A DNA stretch of 64,000 nucleotides from assembly GCA_963789695.1 (NCBI GenBank), contig CAWBLS010000004.1, positions 262 through 64,261 on the forward strand. The letters are read 5' to 3'. The position numbers and the translations under genes are program-made. The notes below the pieces were generated by a model. That model saw only the letters and a program-made list of their open reading frames with translations. It did not search any database and was not told where the DNA came from. This stretch comes from an uncultured Candidatus Saccharibacteria bacterium. Its GTDB lineage: Bacteria; Patescibacteriota; Saccharimonadia; Saccharimonadales; Saccharimonadaceae. Shown here in pieces: positions 37,513 to 47,897 of this stretch (position 1 is the first letter of the stretch; each line of letters begins with the position of its first letter).

Positions 37513-38256
37513 ATGAAGCGAAGTCCGCATGCCTCACAATATTTTCTTAAAAGCCCGCGTCGCGTGGCCGAACTAATCGGTCATACATCAATTAAAAAAA
37601 CCGACACCGTACTCGACATTGGTGCAGGAAGTGGCGTGATAACGGGGGTCCTTGCCCGCCGCTGCGCGCACGTTATTGCGGTAGAAAATGATCCAGCCGT
37701 GGCGCGTATTTTACGTGCGAATATGAAGTTGCACATAACTGTCGATATTCTAGAGGCAGATGCACTGACTGTGCCCTTGCCGAGCGCACCCTATAAAGTA
37801 TTTGCGAACATCCCTTTTCACTTAAGTTCCCCGATTGTACGCCGCTTAAGTGAAGCTGGTGATGCTGCGCCCGAGGCGATGTATTTGATTGTGCAAAAAC
37901 AATTCGCCAATAAACTACGCGCCGATGGCACGGGTTTCACTGGACTACTTGGTGCGTTGATTGGGCCGCAGTATACTGTACGTATTCGGGCCAGGCTTCG
38001 CCGCGAAGATTTCCAGCCCAGTCCGGCCGTTGATACAGTGCTTGTTGAGATTAAAAAACGTGACCAGCCAATTATTCCACTGGTGGATATGCCAGCGTAT
38101 CGGGCAATGGTAGAGCGAACGTTCGGCGACCCTCACGAGTTCAGGCGCCTACCGCTTGCAAAGGCTGGCATTCCCACCGATGCCAAGCCGTCGCGGCTTA
38201 CGATTCAAATGTGGGCACTGCTTTTTTCGCTCAGTACGTCGTTAGCGGCCGAGTGA
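37513..38256 (+). CDS. rRNA adenine N6-dimethyltransferase (Erm/KsgA family)
   Basis: SQYFL, DIGAGSG, ANIPF and FQPSPAVDT motifs. Confidence 0.88.
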   Translation: MKRSPHASQYFLKSPRRVAELIGHTSIKKTDTVLDIGAGSGVITGVLARRCAHVIAVENDPAVARILRANMKLHITVDILEADALTVPLPSAPYKVFANIPFHLSSPIVRRLSEAGDAAPEAMYLIVQKQFANKLRADGTGFTGLLGALIGPQYTVRIRARLRREDFQPSPAVDTVLVEIKKRDQPIIPLVDMPAYRAMVERTFGDPHEFRRLPLAKAGIPTDAKPSRLTIQMWALLFSLSTSLAAE

Positions 38257-40617
38257 GTCTTCGGTCTGCTTGACATCAATCGTTGTTTTAACAATTGTGT
38301 CGGGTGCAAGCGACATGCTGTCGATTCCTGTTTCAACCAGGAATTTCGCGAACTCTGGGTAGTCAGACGGTGCTTGGCCACAAAGTCCGATCTTAGTATG
38401 GCTGGCTTTTGCTACCTTTACGACGCTACGAATTAATTGCTTCACGGCTTCGTTATTTTCGTCGTAGACGTGTGCCACATTATGATTGTCGCGATCGACG
38501 CCAAGGGTCAGCTGGGTTAAGTCATTACTGCCGATTGAAAAGCCATCGAAAAGTTCTGCAAATTGCTCCGCAAGGATGACATTACTAGGGATTTCTACCA
38601 TCATGTAGGCGTGGAAGTCGTTTTCACCACGCTTGAGGCCATTTTCTTCCATAATACCCAGTACTTTATGTGCTTCATCGAGCGTTCGGCAAAATGGCAC
38701 CATCGCTTTAATGTTTGTAAGCCCCATTTCGTCGCGAGCTTTTTTAAATGCTTTACATTCGAGCCCGAAGGCTGCTTTGTACTTTGGATCGTAGTAACGG
38801 CTCGCTCCGCGCCAGCCAATCATCGGATTGCGCTCGTCGTTTGGTTCAAACTGTGCGCCGCCAATAAGCCCGGCATATTCGTTTGACTTGAAGTCACTAA
38901 AGCGAATGATTACATCATTTGGGTAAAATGCCGCGCCAATTATGGCAATTCCTTCAGCTAATTTATCAATAAAGTATTGCGCTTTATCATCGTAGCCTTT
39001 GGTAAGTTGCTTGATTTTTGCACGGGCTGATTTGTCCTTTACTTCATCGTAATGCAGCAGCGCGAGCGGGTGAATTTTAATATGCGAATCGATAATTAAT
39101 TCTTCGCGCGCTAAGCCCACGCCATCGTTCGGGAGCATGGAATATGCGAAGGCACGTTCTGGTTCGCCGATGTTTAGCATGATTTTCGTTTTCGGTCGCT
39201 CTAAGTTTTCAATATTGGTTTTCTTGATTTCATAATGCAGAATACCTTCGTATACCGCACCCTCATCACTTCCGCCAGCGCAGCTAACGGTGACGTCTTG
39301 CTTATCCTTAATCAGTTTCGACGCGTTGCCCGTCCCAACGACGCAAGGAATACCGAGTTCGCGGCTCACGATTGCTGCGTGGCACGTTCGCCCACCTTTG
39401 TCGGTCACGATTGCGCTGGCAATCTTCATAATCGGCACCCAGTCTGGGTCGGTCATTTCTGTTACCAGCACATCACCGGCTTTGAAATCGTCGATGTCTT
39501 TTACGCTCATAATTTTACTAGCTTTGCCTGCGCCAATTTTATTGCCAACACTCACACCGGTAACCAGCTTATTGCCCGCGTCGTGTAGAATATATTCTTC
39601 AATATGGTTAACATCGCGGCGGGATTGTACGGTTTCAGCGCGGGCCTGCACAATGTAGAGCTGCCCGTCATCTTCGTCGAGCGCCCATTCAATATCCATT
39701 GGGTGGCCATAGTGCTCTTCAATCTTAATTCCCCAATCAGCCAATGTTTTCACTTGATCGTCGGTAATGGAGTAGCGTTCTTGATTGCGAACAGGCATAG
39801 GAACGTTTTTGGTGCGGTTTGCGCCACTTGGCACCATTTTCATTTTTTTACTACCAAGGTGGCGCGTTAAGATGGCCCGGGTTGGTTTGAACACGGTAAA
39901 TTCGTCAGGGCTGACATGCCCTTGTACAATGTTTTCGCCGAGTCCGTATATACTGCTGACTACCACTGCGTCTTTAAAGCCACTTTCGGTGTCAATCGTA
40001 AACATTACGCCGGCGCATTCACTACGAACCGCAACCATCTGCTGGATGCCGACACTGAGCGCCACTTTCATGTGGTCGAAGCCATTTGTCACACGGTATA
40101 CAATGGCGCGGTCGGTAAATAAGCTGGCGATACATTCTTTCACCGCTTTTACTACGTCGTGTTCGCCAGAAATATTAAGAAAGGTTGCCTGTTGGCCGGC
40201 GAATGATGCATTTGGTAAATCTTCGGCGGTTGCGCTCGAGCGGATTGCGACGACGAGTTCGCCTTCTTCTTTGCCGCAGCGTTTTGATAATTCGTTATAG
40301 CCGCGCACCACTTCTGCTTCAAAATCAACAGGCAGCGTGGCGCGGGTAATTAGTGAGCGAATTTTTTCGCCGCGCGTAGCTAAGTCGTGTATATCGTTGA
40401 CGTCGAGACCATCAAGAACTGCACTAATTTTTTCGTTGAGCCCAGCTTGTTCCAAAAAGTAACGATACGCGTCAGCAGTTGTCGCAACGCCGTTTGGCAG
40501 GTTTACTCCTTGCGGGCGCAGGTGACGGTACATTTCACCGAGGCTGGCGTTTTTACCGCCTACTTGAGGAATGTCGTCAATCGACAACTCATCAAAAAAC
40601 TTTAGGTATTTGTACAT
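38242..40617 (-). CDS. ppsA: Phosphoenolpyruvate synthase
   Basis: [34 protein letters not shown] and CGQAPSD motifs. Confidence 0.96.
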   Translation of the reverse strand: MYKYLKFFDELSIDDIPQVGGKNASLGEMYRHLRPQGVNLPNGVATTADAYRYFLEQAGLNEKISAVLDGLDVNDIHDLATRGEKIRSLITRATLPVDFEAEVVRGYNELSKRCGKEEGELVVAIRSSATAEDLPNASFAGQQATFLNISGEHDVVKAVKECIASLFTDRAIVYRVTNGFDHMKVALSVGIQQMVAVRSECAGVMFTIDTESGFKDAVVVSSIYGLGENIVQGHVSPDEFTVFKPTRAILTRHLGSKKMKMVPSGANRTKNVPMPVRNQERYSITDDQVKTLADWGIKIEEHYGHPMDIEWALDEDDGQLYIVQARAETVQSRRDVNHIEEYILHDAGNKLVTGVSVGNKIGAGKASKIMSVKDIDDFKAGDVLVTEMTDPDWVPIMKIASAIVTDKGGRTCHAAIVSRELGIPCVVGTGNASKLIKDKQDVTVSCAGGSDEGAVYEGILHYEIKKTNIENLERPKTKIMLNIGEPERAFAYSMLPNDGVGLAREELIIDSHIKIHPLALLHYDEVKDKSARAKIKQLTKGYDDKAQYFIDKLAEGIAIIGAAFYPNDVIIRFSDFKSNEYAGLIGGAQFEPNDERNPMIGWRGASRYYDPKYKAAFGLECKAFKKARDEMGLTNIKAMVPFCRTLDEAHKVLGIMEENGLKRGENDFHAYMMVEIPSNVILAEQFAELFDGFSIGSNDLTQLTLGVDRDNHNVAHVYDENNEAVKQLIRSVVKVAKASHTKIGLCGQAPSDYPEFAKFLVETGIDSMSLAPDTIVKTTIDVKQTEDSLGR

Positions 40618-40720
40618 GGTCCCACCTTTCGTCAAAGCGCTGTTCGTTTGCTACCTACATGATACCGCTAAGTGTAAGCTTTTTCAATTCCCTATCCAGT
40701 TTGGTATAGTAATTTGTAGT

Positions 40721-41344
40721 ATGGATGAAACAAAAATAGCACGCGTTAAGCAATGGCTGGGTACTGGTTCGATTAACATTTTTGGACCACCCTTTTCTGG
40801 TAAAGATACACAGGCACGTAATATTGCACAGCTTTTAGACGCCGCAAGCTTTGGCGGAGGTGATATTTTTCGCCACAACCAGCAAGACCATGAACTGCAA
40901 AAAGCCATGCAAAGCGGCGGGTTGGCGGATAGTGATGTATTTGTGAACTTGGTGTCGCCGTTTTTCACCAAGCAAGAATATGTCGGTAAGCCACTAGTGC
41001 TCAGTACTGTTGGCCGTTTACTCCCCGAAACGCACGTGGTGGTGGATGCCGCTAAATCGGCTGATCACGATATAAAAGCTGCAGTGCTGTTAAACGTACC
41101 GGAAGAAGTGATATGGCAGCATTTTGAGTTCGCCAAACAAGACCCTAACCGGGGACAGCGCGCCGATGACACCGCCGAAGCGCTCCAGATCCGAATTGGA
41201 AACTTTGCGAAGACATCGCCGGTGCTCGATTACTATAACGATCGCGGCATACTGTTAACCGTCGACGGTACAAAATCGATTGATGAGGTTACTGAAGAAA
41301 TTATTGATGCGCTTGATATGCTGGCGCAACGGCATACTGCCTAA
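40721..41344 (+). CDS. Adenylate-kinase-family protein (short LID)
   Basis: GPPFSGKDTQA, GDIFR, GGL and RADD motifs. Confidence 0.85.
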   Translation: MDETKIARVKQWLGTGSINIFGPPFSGKDTQARNIAQLLDAASFGGGDIFRHNQQDHELQKAMQSGGLADSDVFVNLVSPFFTKQEYVGKPLVLSTVGRLLPETHVVVDAAKSADHDIKAAVLLNVPEEVIWQHFEFAKQDPNRGQRADDTAEALQIRIGNFAKTSPVLDYYNDRGILLTVDGTKSIDEVTEEIIDALDMLAQRHTA

Positions 41345-42996
41345 GTAGTCGTAGTAGTACTTATTTGCGCTTCAGTTTTATTGGTGCTCTGCCCAAGTTC
41401 GTCGACACTATACACCAGAATATTGCCAAACGGCATTTCAAGATTTTCAACGTCATCATCAGAGATATCTTCAACATATTTCATCAGCGCACGTAAACTG
41501 TTGCCATGTGCCACAATCAGTACGTTGTCGCCTTTGGCGAGCAGTGGGAGTACTTTGCGTTGGTAAAACGGTACGACACGTTCGTAGACCATCTTCAACG
41601 TTTCACCGCCGGGAACGGGGTGATCCCAGCCACGGCGAATTTTTGTAAATTCATCTTCGCCTACCATGCGCTGCATGTCCCATTTGTTTTTTGCGGTGTA
41701 TTTACCATAGTCACGTTCGTTGATAGCATCGCTGCGCTCAAATGGTACGCCGAACTTTTGCGCCGCACTTAACATTACTTCTAATGTTTCGAGTGTACGA
41801 ACCTGTTCAGAGCAATATGCTTGATTGACATGGATGTCCATATCGGCGAGGAGCCGACCGAGTTCTGTGGCCTGGCGAAAGCCGTTGGCACTTAAATTAA
41901 CGTTCTTGCGACCTGTCCAGCGGCCAATCATGTTCCATTCACTTTCGGCGTGGCGAACTAAGAGTAATTTACCCATACGTACCTTCACGGGTTTTACTTC
42001 ATTGGGGATGTCGTCAAACCAAAATCTCGTTATGTTGTCGCAGGTTGTTTTGTTTATGCGGCCAATTGCGCCATCAGTATTAAACGCGTTGTGCGGCGTA
42101 ATCAATACGTTATCCATTTTATTAAGTGCCATTAAGGCGATGCCGTGCTCGCCCGTATTACGCGGCAAGTTATGGTCGCGCAATAAGCCCACTTCTTCGT
42201 GGATATTAAATAGCTGTTCACCTTCTAATACATCTAAGGCTGCGCCCGCAAGCTGCTTATTTTCAAGTGCCTCAACGAGCGCACGCATATCAACGAGTTC
42301 ACCGCGCGCGGTATTAATAAGCACAGCGCTTTGTTTCATTAAAGCAAGGTGCGGTTCGTCGATTAAATGGTAGTTGTCGGGTGTGAGTGGTGCATGGAGT
42401 GACACAACATCACTTTGAGCTAAAACATCAGTTAGCTCGGCGTATTCAAAGCCTAACTCACGCGCCAGCTCTTCTTTTGCAAATGGATCAAATGCCAGGA
42501 CGCGCATTTCAAAACCTTTGGCAATTTTAATCATCCGTTGGCCGATATGCCCCGTGCCGATCACGCCAAGTGTTTTACCGTTAATGTCGCTTCCCATCAG
42601 CGTGGTTGTGTCGATGGTATGGTTTAAAAATTCAAGGCTTGCTGGCAGTTTACGAAGCAGCGCAAGTAGCAGCGTGAAGGCATATTCAGCGACGGTAGAT
42701 TCGCCGTACGTTGGCACATTCACAACCCGCACGCCATGTTCAGCTGCGGCGTCTAGGTCGATATTATTGTAGCCCGTTGAACGGCACGCAATCAATTTGA
42801 GTTTCGGCAGTTTTTCAATCATTTCACGGCTGACCGTACAGCTGACAAATACCGATATTACCTCGGCTTCTTTGTTGAGGTTTTCGAGCGTTATGGGTTC
42901 GTCAACAAACTCCCAGTGATGATCTGTGGCTTTGAGCCCTTCAGAGAGTTGGGCTTTATCAAGTTCGGTTACGTCATAAAAATAGATGAGCGCCAT
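41341..42996 (-). CDS. Fusion of D-2-hydroxyacid (D-lactate-type) dehydrogenase and dPGM-type phosphoglycerate mutase
   Basis: GTGHIG, NTARG and TPHNAF in the N-terminal part. RHAESEWN, ERDYG and AHGNSLR in the C-terminal part. One open frame. Confidence 0.9.
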   Translation of the reverse strand: MALIYFYDVTELDKAQLSEGLKATDHHWEFVDEPITLENLNKEAEVISVFVSCTVSREMIEKLPKLKLIACRSTGYNNIDLDAAAEHGVRVVNVPTYGESTVAEYAFTLLLALLRKLPASLEFLNHTIDTTTLMGSDINGKTLGVIGTGHIGQRMIKIAKGFEMRVLAFDPFAKEELARELGFEYAELTDVLAQSDVVSLHAPLTPDNYHLIDEPHLALMKQSAVLINTARGELVDMRALVEALENKQLAGAALDVLEGEQLFNIHEEVGLLRDHNLPRNTGEHGIALMALNKMDNVLITPHNAFNTDGAIGRINKTTCDNITRFWFDDIPNEVKPVKVRMGKLLLVRHAESEWNMIGRWTGRKNVNLSANGFRQATELGRLLADMDIHVNQAYCSEQVRTLETLEVMLSAAQKFGVPFERSDAINERDYGKYTAKNKWDMQRMVGEDEFTKIRRGWDHPVPGGETLKMVYERVVPFYQRKVLPLLAKGDNVLIVAHGNSLRALMKYVEDISDDDVENLEMPFGNILVYSVDELGQSTNKTEAQISTTTTT

Positions 42997-43044
42997 ATAT
43001 GTTCTATTATGGCATAACCATAAGCATTGTGAGAAGATATAGGT

Positions 43045-44319
43045 ATGGAAATTGCACAAATTGTGGCGCGACAAGTGTTAGATTCACGCGGCAACCCCAC
43101 GGTTGAAGCCGATGTAACCCTAAAAAGTGGTGTGATGGGCCGTGCGGCGGTGCCTTCGGGGGCGAGTACGGGTAGCCATGAAGCGCATGAACTACGTGAT
43201 GGCGATACATCATTATTTGGTGGTCAATCGGTAACTCGGGCGGTAGCAAATGTGAACGGCGAAATTGCCAATGCTCTACGTGGTATATCAGCCGATGATC
43301 AATTTAAGCTAGACGAACTGATGATTGAACTAGATGGCACCGAAAACAAGTCGCGGCTTGGTGCCAATGCAATGCTGGCTGTGTCACTTGCCTGTGCCCG
43401 TGCGGCGGCTAACGAACGGGGTTTGCCGTTATTCCGTCATATTAATGATATCGCCGGCAACCCTACAATGATGTTACCAATGCCGATGATGAATATCGTG
43501 AATGGCGGCAAGCATGCGCTCGGCGGTGCCGATATTCAAGAAGGTATGATTATCCCGGTTGGTGCAACCACAATCAACGATGCGGTGCGCATGGGCGCAG
43601 AAATCTTCCACGCACTCAAGACACATCTTGCCAAGCAGTCACTTTCAACTCAAGTTGGCGACGAGGGTGGGTTTGCGGTTGCGGTAGACAAAAACGAAGC
43701 CGTACTTGGCTTACTAAAACGAGCATCTGAAGATGCCGGGTATGTTGCCGGCAAAGACGTAAAATTTGCACTGGATGTGGCGGCAGCTGAGCTCGTGCAA
43801 AACGATGCGTACGTGTTGTCACGTGAGCATAAAACATTGATTGGGGCTGATATGATTTCATGGCTAGCTGGCCTTGCCCGCGCCTACCCGCTGGTTTCGA
43901 TTGAAGACGGTTTAGGTGAAGACGATTGGCAAACCTGGACAGCACTGACGGCACGTCTTGGTAAATCGGTGCAGCTGGTCGGTGATGACTTACTTGTAAC
44001 AAATGCCGAGCGATTAAGCCGGGCGATTGATGAAAAAGCTTGTAATGCTATTTTGATTAAGCTCAACCAAATCGGTACGCTTACAGAAACGATTCGTGTC
44101 ATCACAAAAGCCCATGAAGCTGGCTTTGCGACGATTGTTTCGCACCGTAGCGGCGAAACAGAAGATACATTCATTGCGCACCTTGCGGTGGGCACGGGTG
44201 CGGGCCAGATTAAAACGGGCTCGTTATCACGCAGCGACCGTGTCGCAAAGTACAATGAACTACTGCGTATTGCCGAGCAAGCGCCAGAATTACACCTTGC
44301 TCACCCATTTAATGATTAG
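43045..44319 (+). CDS. eno: Enolase
   Basis: DSRGNPT, PSGASTG, GDEGG and SHRSGETED motifs. Confidence 0.97.
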   Translation: MEIAQIVARQVLDSRGNPTVEADVTLKSGVMGRAAVPSGASTGSHEAHELRDGDTSLFGGQSVTRAVANVNGEIANALRGISADDQFKLDELMIELDGTENKSRLGANAMLAVSLACARAAANERGLPLFRHINDIAGNPTMMLPMPMMNIVNGGKHALGGADIQEGMIIPVGATTINDAVRMGAEIFHALKTHLAKQSLSTQVGDEGGFAVAVDKNEAVLGLLKRASEDAGYVAGKDVKFALDVAAAELVQNDAYVLSREHKTLIGADMISWLAGLARAYPLVSIEDGLGEDDWQTWTALTARLGKSVQLVGDDLLVTNAERLSRAIDEKACNAILIKLNQIGTLTETIRVITKAHEAGFATIVSHRSGETEDTFIAHLAVGTGAGQIKTGSLSRSDRVAKYNELLRIAEQAPELHLAHPFND

Positions 44320-44708
44320 CTACGCGCGCTACGAATAGCGCGCAGGAGCGCGCGAGTGTCGTCGACGCTCATTGCGCTGTCAGCGACACGAATTGGCTGC
44401 TCGACGGCTAGTAACCTATCTAATACTTCGTAAATTTGGTGGCCTAATGCGGCGGCTCGGCGGATTTCTTTGCCGACACCCGCACCAATTTGGCCAGTTT
44501 CAAAACGCTGGAACGCGAGGGTGTCACACTCATCAACAAGTTCTAAAAAGTGTTCCATCCCGCGTTCTTTGTAGGCAGCTTCGTTTTCTGCTGAGTTAGG
44601 GTTAACCACACTGAAGCCAGCATCTTCAATGATACCGACGGCGGCTGCTTCGCGTTCGGTGCCATAATCTGTTATATGGTGAGCAAAATAGCAATTAGGA
44701 TTTGACAT
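44316..44708 (-). CDS. Nucleoside 2-deoxyribosyltransferase-like protein
   Basis: YFAH, VNP, CD and GVGKE follow the NDT-like pattern. Confidence 0.55.
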   Translation of the reverse strand: MSNPNCYFAHHITDYGTEREAAAVGIIEDAGFSVVNPNSAENEAAYKERGMEHFLELVDECDTLAFQRFETGQIGAGVGKEIRRAAALGHQIYEVLDRLLAVEQPIRVADSAMSVDDTRALLRAIRSARS

Positions 44709-44801
44709 GAGTGGTATCGGCCTCGCAGTTACGTGTTATACGTCATAATAGCAATGAATCACTCTTGGCGACAGCATAAGCAGTACGGTATGCTAGATAA
44801 T

Positions 44802-46100
44802 ATGAAACAATTATCACGAAAGCATAAACCATGGTTTTGGCCGGTTGTGATTGTGGGCGGCGCCCTGCTATTTGCCGGGATTGCCTACCTCACCTACGCC
44901 GTACTCCTGGCGGCCGCACAGCCGGTGGAGGAGCCGTCATCAACCAGCCAAACGGCACCTGAGCCAAGCGAGCGAGCGGCGCCGAAGTATCAAATTGTCG
45001 GTACGAACCAAACCCTGTGTTACAGCGACGAAAGCACCATTACCTGCCCTGATGCGGGCGAAGCGTGGTTTGGCCAGGACGCAATGCACGCCAGCAATAA
45101 GCCGTCATACACCGATAATGGCGATGGTACGGTTACCGATAACGTGACGGGCTTGATGTGGACGAAGGCTGCCGGCAACAAGAAGCCATATGACCAAGCG
45201 GTGGCAGCGGCTAAAATGAATCGTACTGGCGATTATAGTGACTGGCGCGTGCCTACGATTAAAGAACTTTATTCATTAATTGATTTTTCTGGTAACGATG
45301 TCGTGCCAACGGCGCAATCAGCTGGCAGTGCAAAACCATTTATCAACAGTAGTTCTTTCGGATTTTCGTATGGCGATACCGCAACGGGTTCGCGAATCAT
45401 TGACTCACAATGGGTAACCTCTACGTCGTATGTATCGACTGTCATGAATAATCAAGCCTGCTTCTTCGGCGTTAATTTTGCAGATGGCCGTATTAAGTGT
45501 TACCCGAAGGTGAGCCAGCAAAACAATGGCTACTTCGCGCGCTACGTACGCGACAATACCCAGTATGGGAGCAACGATTTTGTCGATAACAATAATGGTA
45601 CCGTGAGCGACAACGCTACCGGTTTGCTGTGGCAAAAAAGTGATAGTGGTAAGGGAATGCAGTGGAACGAAGCACTGAGTTACTGCGAAGATTTGAGCTT
45701 AGCGAACCGCGACGACTGGTACTTGCCAGACGCTAAGCAGCTTCAGTCGATTGTCGACTACTCACGCTCACCAGACACCACAAACTCTGCTGCCATCAAC
45801 CCTGTATTTTCGGCAACCAGCCTCACTAATGAAGCAGGTAAAAAAGACTGGCCGTTTTATTGGACGAGCACTACTCATTTAGGGGTCGATTCTGAACCGA
45901 GTCAGGCGGTATACGTATCGTTCGGCCGCGCGATGGGTAATATGCCAGAATTCGGCGGCTGGGTTGATGTCCATGGCGCGGGAGCTCAGCGCAGTGATCC
46001 AAAATCTGGCGTACCTGCTGATCAGCAGAATGGGTTTGGCCCGCAGGGTGATGCTAGGCGCGGTGATAACTACGCGCGCTGCGTCACAAACGCAAACTAG
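44802..46100 (+). CDS. Membrane-anchored DUF1566 (Lcl) repeat protein
   Basis: Two DNGDGTVTD.xTGL.W ... DW.xP..K.L repeats after an N-terminal TM helix. Confidence 0.85.
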   Translation: MKQLSRKHKPWFWPVVIVGGALLFAGIAYLTYAVLLAAAQPVEEPSSTSQTAPEPSERAAPKYQIVGTNQTLCYSDESTITCPDAGEAWFGQDAMHASNKPSYTDNGDGTVTDNVTGLMWTKAAGNKKPYDQAVAAAKMNRTGDYSDWRVPTIKELYSLIDFSGNDVVPTAQSAGSAKPFINSSSFGFSYGDTATGSRIIDSQWVTSTSYVSTVMNNQACFFGVNFADGRIKCYPKVSQQNNGYFARYVRDNTQYGSNDFVDNNNGTVSDNATGLLWQKSDSGKGMQWNEALSYCEDLSLANRDDWYLPDAKQLQSIVDYSRSPDTTNSAAINPVFSATSLTNEAGKKDWPFYWTSTTHLGVDSEPSQAVYVSFGRAMGNMPEFGGWVDVHGAGAQRSDPKSGVPADQQNGFGPQGDARRGDNYARCVTNAN

Positions 46101-46159
46101 TATGCGTGCCCTAACCATAATAGTGATTTGAGGCATGTGATGCGCTATACTTTTTAAGT

Positions 46160-46462
46160 ATGGAAGCGAAAGAAATCCGACGTATTCAAACAAATTTTAC
46201 AATTGCGGCTGCAGCGGCTGGTGCGGTGCTACTAACCGGCACAGTGTTCTATCACCTCGTTGAAAAGCTAAGTATTGTCGACGCGTTTTATTTTAGCGTC
46301 ATCACCCTCACGACCGTTGGCTACGGTGACATATCGCCACAAACGACCGCGGGTAAACTATTTACCGCCGCTTACGTTATTATCGGTATCGCAATCATTG
46401 CGACATTCGGTAATCTACTGTTAAAGCGCGCCGTTATTCGTCGCCAAGATAAACAAAAGTAA
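46160..46462 (+). CDS. Two-TM potassium channel domain protein
   Basis: TTVGYGD selectivity filter. Confidence 0.92.
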   Translation: MEAKEIRRIQTNFTIAAAAAGAVLLTGTVFYHLVEKLSIVDAFYFSVITLTTVGYGDISPQTTAGKLFTAAYVIIGIAIIATFGNLLLKRAVIRRQDKQK

Positions 46463-46465
46463 GCT

Positions 46466-47539
46466 TTAGGCTGTATGCCGCTTTGATTCAATTAATATAT
46501 TTGCCGTTGTTGAAAGAATGATGACGATGAGCGGGCCATACACTACACCAAGCACACCAAAGTAGTACAGGCCACAGAACGTCGCTAGGATAGCGAGTAC
46601 CGGTACGAGCTCGGCCTCTTTTGGGATTAGCCTTGGGCGCAGCACGCTATCAATATTACAAATCACACCCAGATAAATCACCATCCCCCAGAACCCCGTC
46701 CAGAAGTCCCCCGCTACCATCAGCACAAGCAATAGTGGGATGACGACAACTCCGCTTCCAAGCGGAATCATCCCTAAAATAGTAAAGACCATCACGAGTA
46801 GCCAGAAGTATTCCCCAAAGCCGAGGAATAGCAGCAGGAGCGCGCTGAGTACGGCGGTTACGAATGAAATCATAAACTGCCCCTTCATGCTCGCGGTGAC
46901 GATAATCGATGAGCGACGAAGGTAGAGTGTGGTGATGTGAGAATCGAACGGGCTGATATGTATCATGAACTGAATGATTTGTTTGTGGTAGCGCAGGAAA
47001 GCGCTGAACAAAAATGCGTAAATGATGAGTGATGTCATGAAAACTGGCGCGCTAGCGGCGACGTGTAATACGGTCTGGATGCCGACAGAGATAATGTTTG
47101 GGAGGGTCACTTTTAAAAACTCAACGATACCCGATGCACCGCTTAAGCCACTTTGCTCGACGGGAAACCCTAACTGTTGGCCAGTGTTTATCATCCAGGC
47201 GAGCGCGTCACCAAGCTTGGAACCAGCAGACACATCAAGATGTGCGAGAGCATCGACGGCATTACCCGCCTGCCGGATGATGACAGAAATAAGATACGCA
47301 ATTGGCGTAATCACAGCGATAGCAGTGATGACGAAGGTGCTCCACGCCGCAATGATAGCTGGCATGCGTTGTTCGAGCAAGCGATAAACTGGGAAAAATA
47401 GGTACGCCATGAGCGCACTCACACTAATCACTCCGATAAATGGAGCGAAAAACCATATGCTGGCAGCAATTAAGCCTAAGCCGATGATAATAATCACCGG
47501 TTCTGAGGCTAACGGTTTTTTGGTATGTGAGTGCGCCAT
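46466..47539 (-). CDS. AI-2E family transporter
   Basis: AYLFFP, IPLGS, LRPRLI and FGVLGVVYGP motifs. Confidence 0.85.
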   Translation of the reverse strand: MAHSHTKKPLASEPVIIIIGLGLIAASIWFFAPFIGVISVSALMAYLFFPVYRLLEQRMPAIIAAWSTFVITAIAVITPIAYLISVIIRQAGNAVDALAHLDVSAGSKLGDALAWMINTGQQLGFPVEQSGLSGASGIVEFLKVTLPNIISVGIQTVLHVAASAPVFMTSLIIYAFLFSAFLRYHKQIIQFMIHISPFDSHITTLYLRRSSIIVTASMKGQFMISFVTAVLSALLLLFLGFGEYFWLLVMVFTILGMIPLGSGVVVIPLLLVLMVAGDFWTGFWGMVIYLGVICNIDSVLRPRLIPKEAELVPVLAILATFCGLYYFGVLGVVYGPLIVIILSTTANILIESKRHTA

Positions 47540-47557
47540 AGCGTGAAAACCCTGGCG

Positions 47558-47749
47558 TTATACTCCAAGCGCTTGTAGCGCATGGTATAGTACGATGCCT
47601 GGCCACACGGCAGCTTGGATAAAGCTGAATGCGACTTGCCAAAAGCCGTCAGCTTGGTTGATAAAGTAGACCAGCGCTCCAAAGTACGCAACGAGCATTA
47701 CGTACCCCGATGGCGCATGCTGTGCAGCATTGCCTGCATGTTTTGCCAT
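47558..47749 (-). CDS. Small membrane protein (63 aa)
   Basis: AGGAGGG SD before ATG 47749. GALVYF...GFW...AAVWP. Confidence 0.7.
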   Translation of the reverse strand: MAKHAGNAAQHAPSGYVMLVAYFGALVYFINQADGFWQVAFSFIQAAVWPGIVLYHALQALGV

Positions 47750-47897
47750 AGAACCCCTCCTTTTGCTTGCACTATTAGTATAGCACGTTTTCTTGTGCGC
47801 AAGCATTGCTTTTTTCTAATAAAAATTGTAAAATATACCTGCCCATAAGGTTTACTTACGGGTGAACCTTACCAACTTTCCCCTTTTAGGAGGATGA

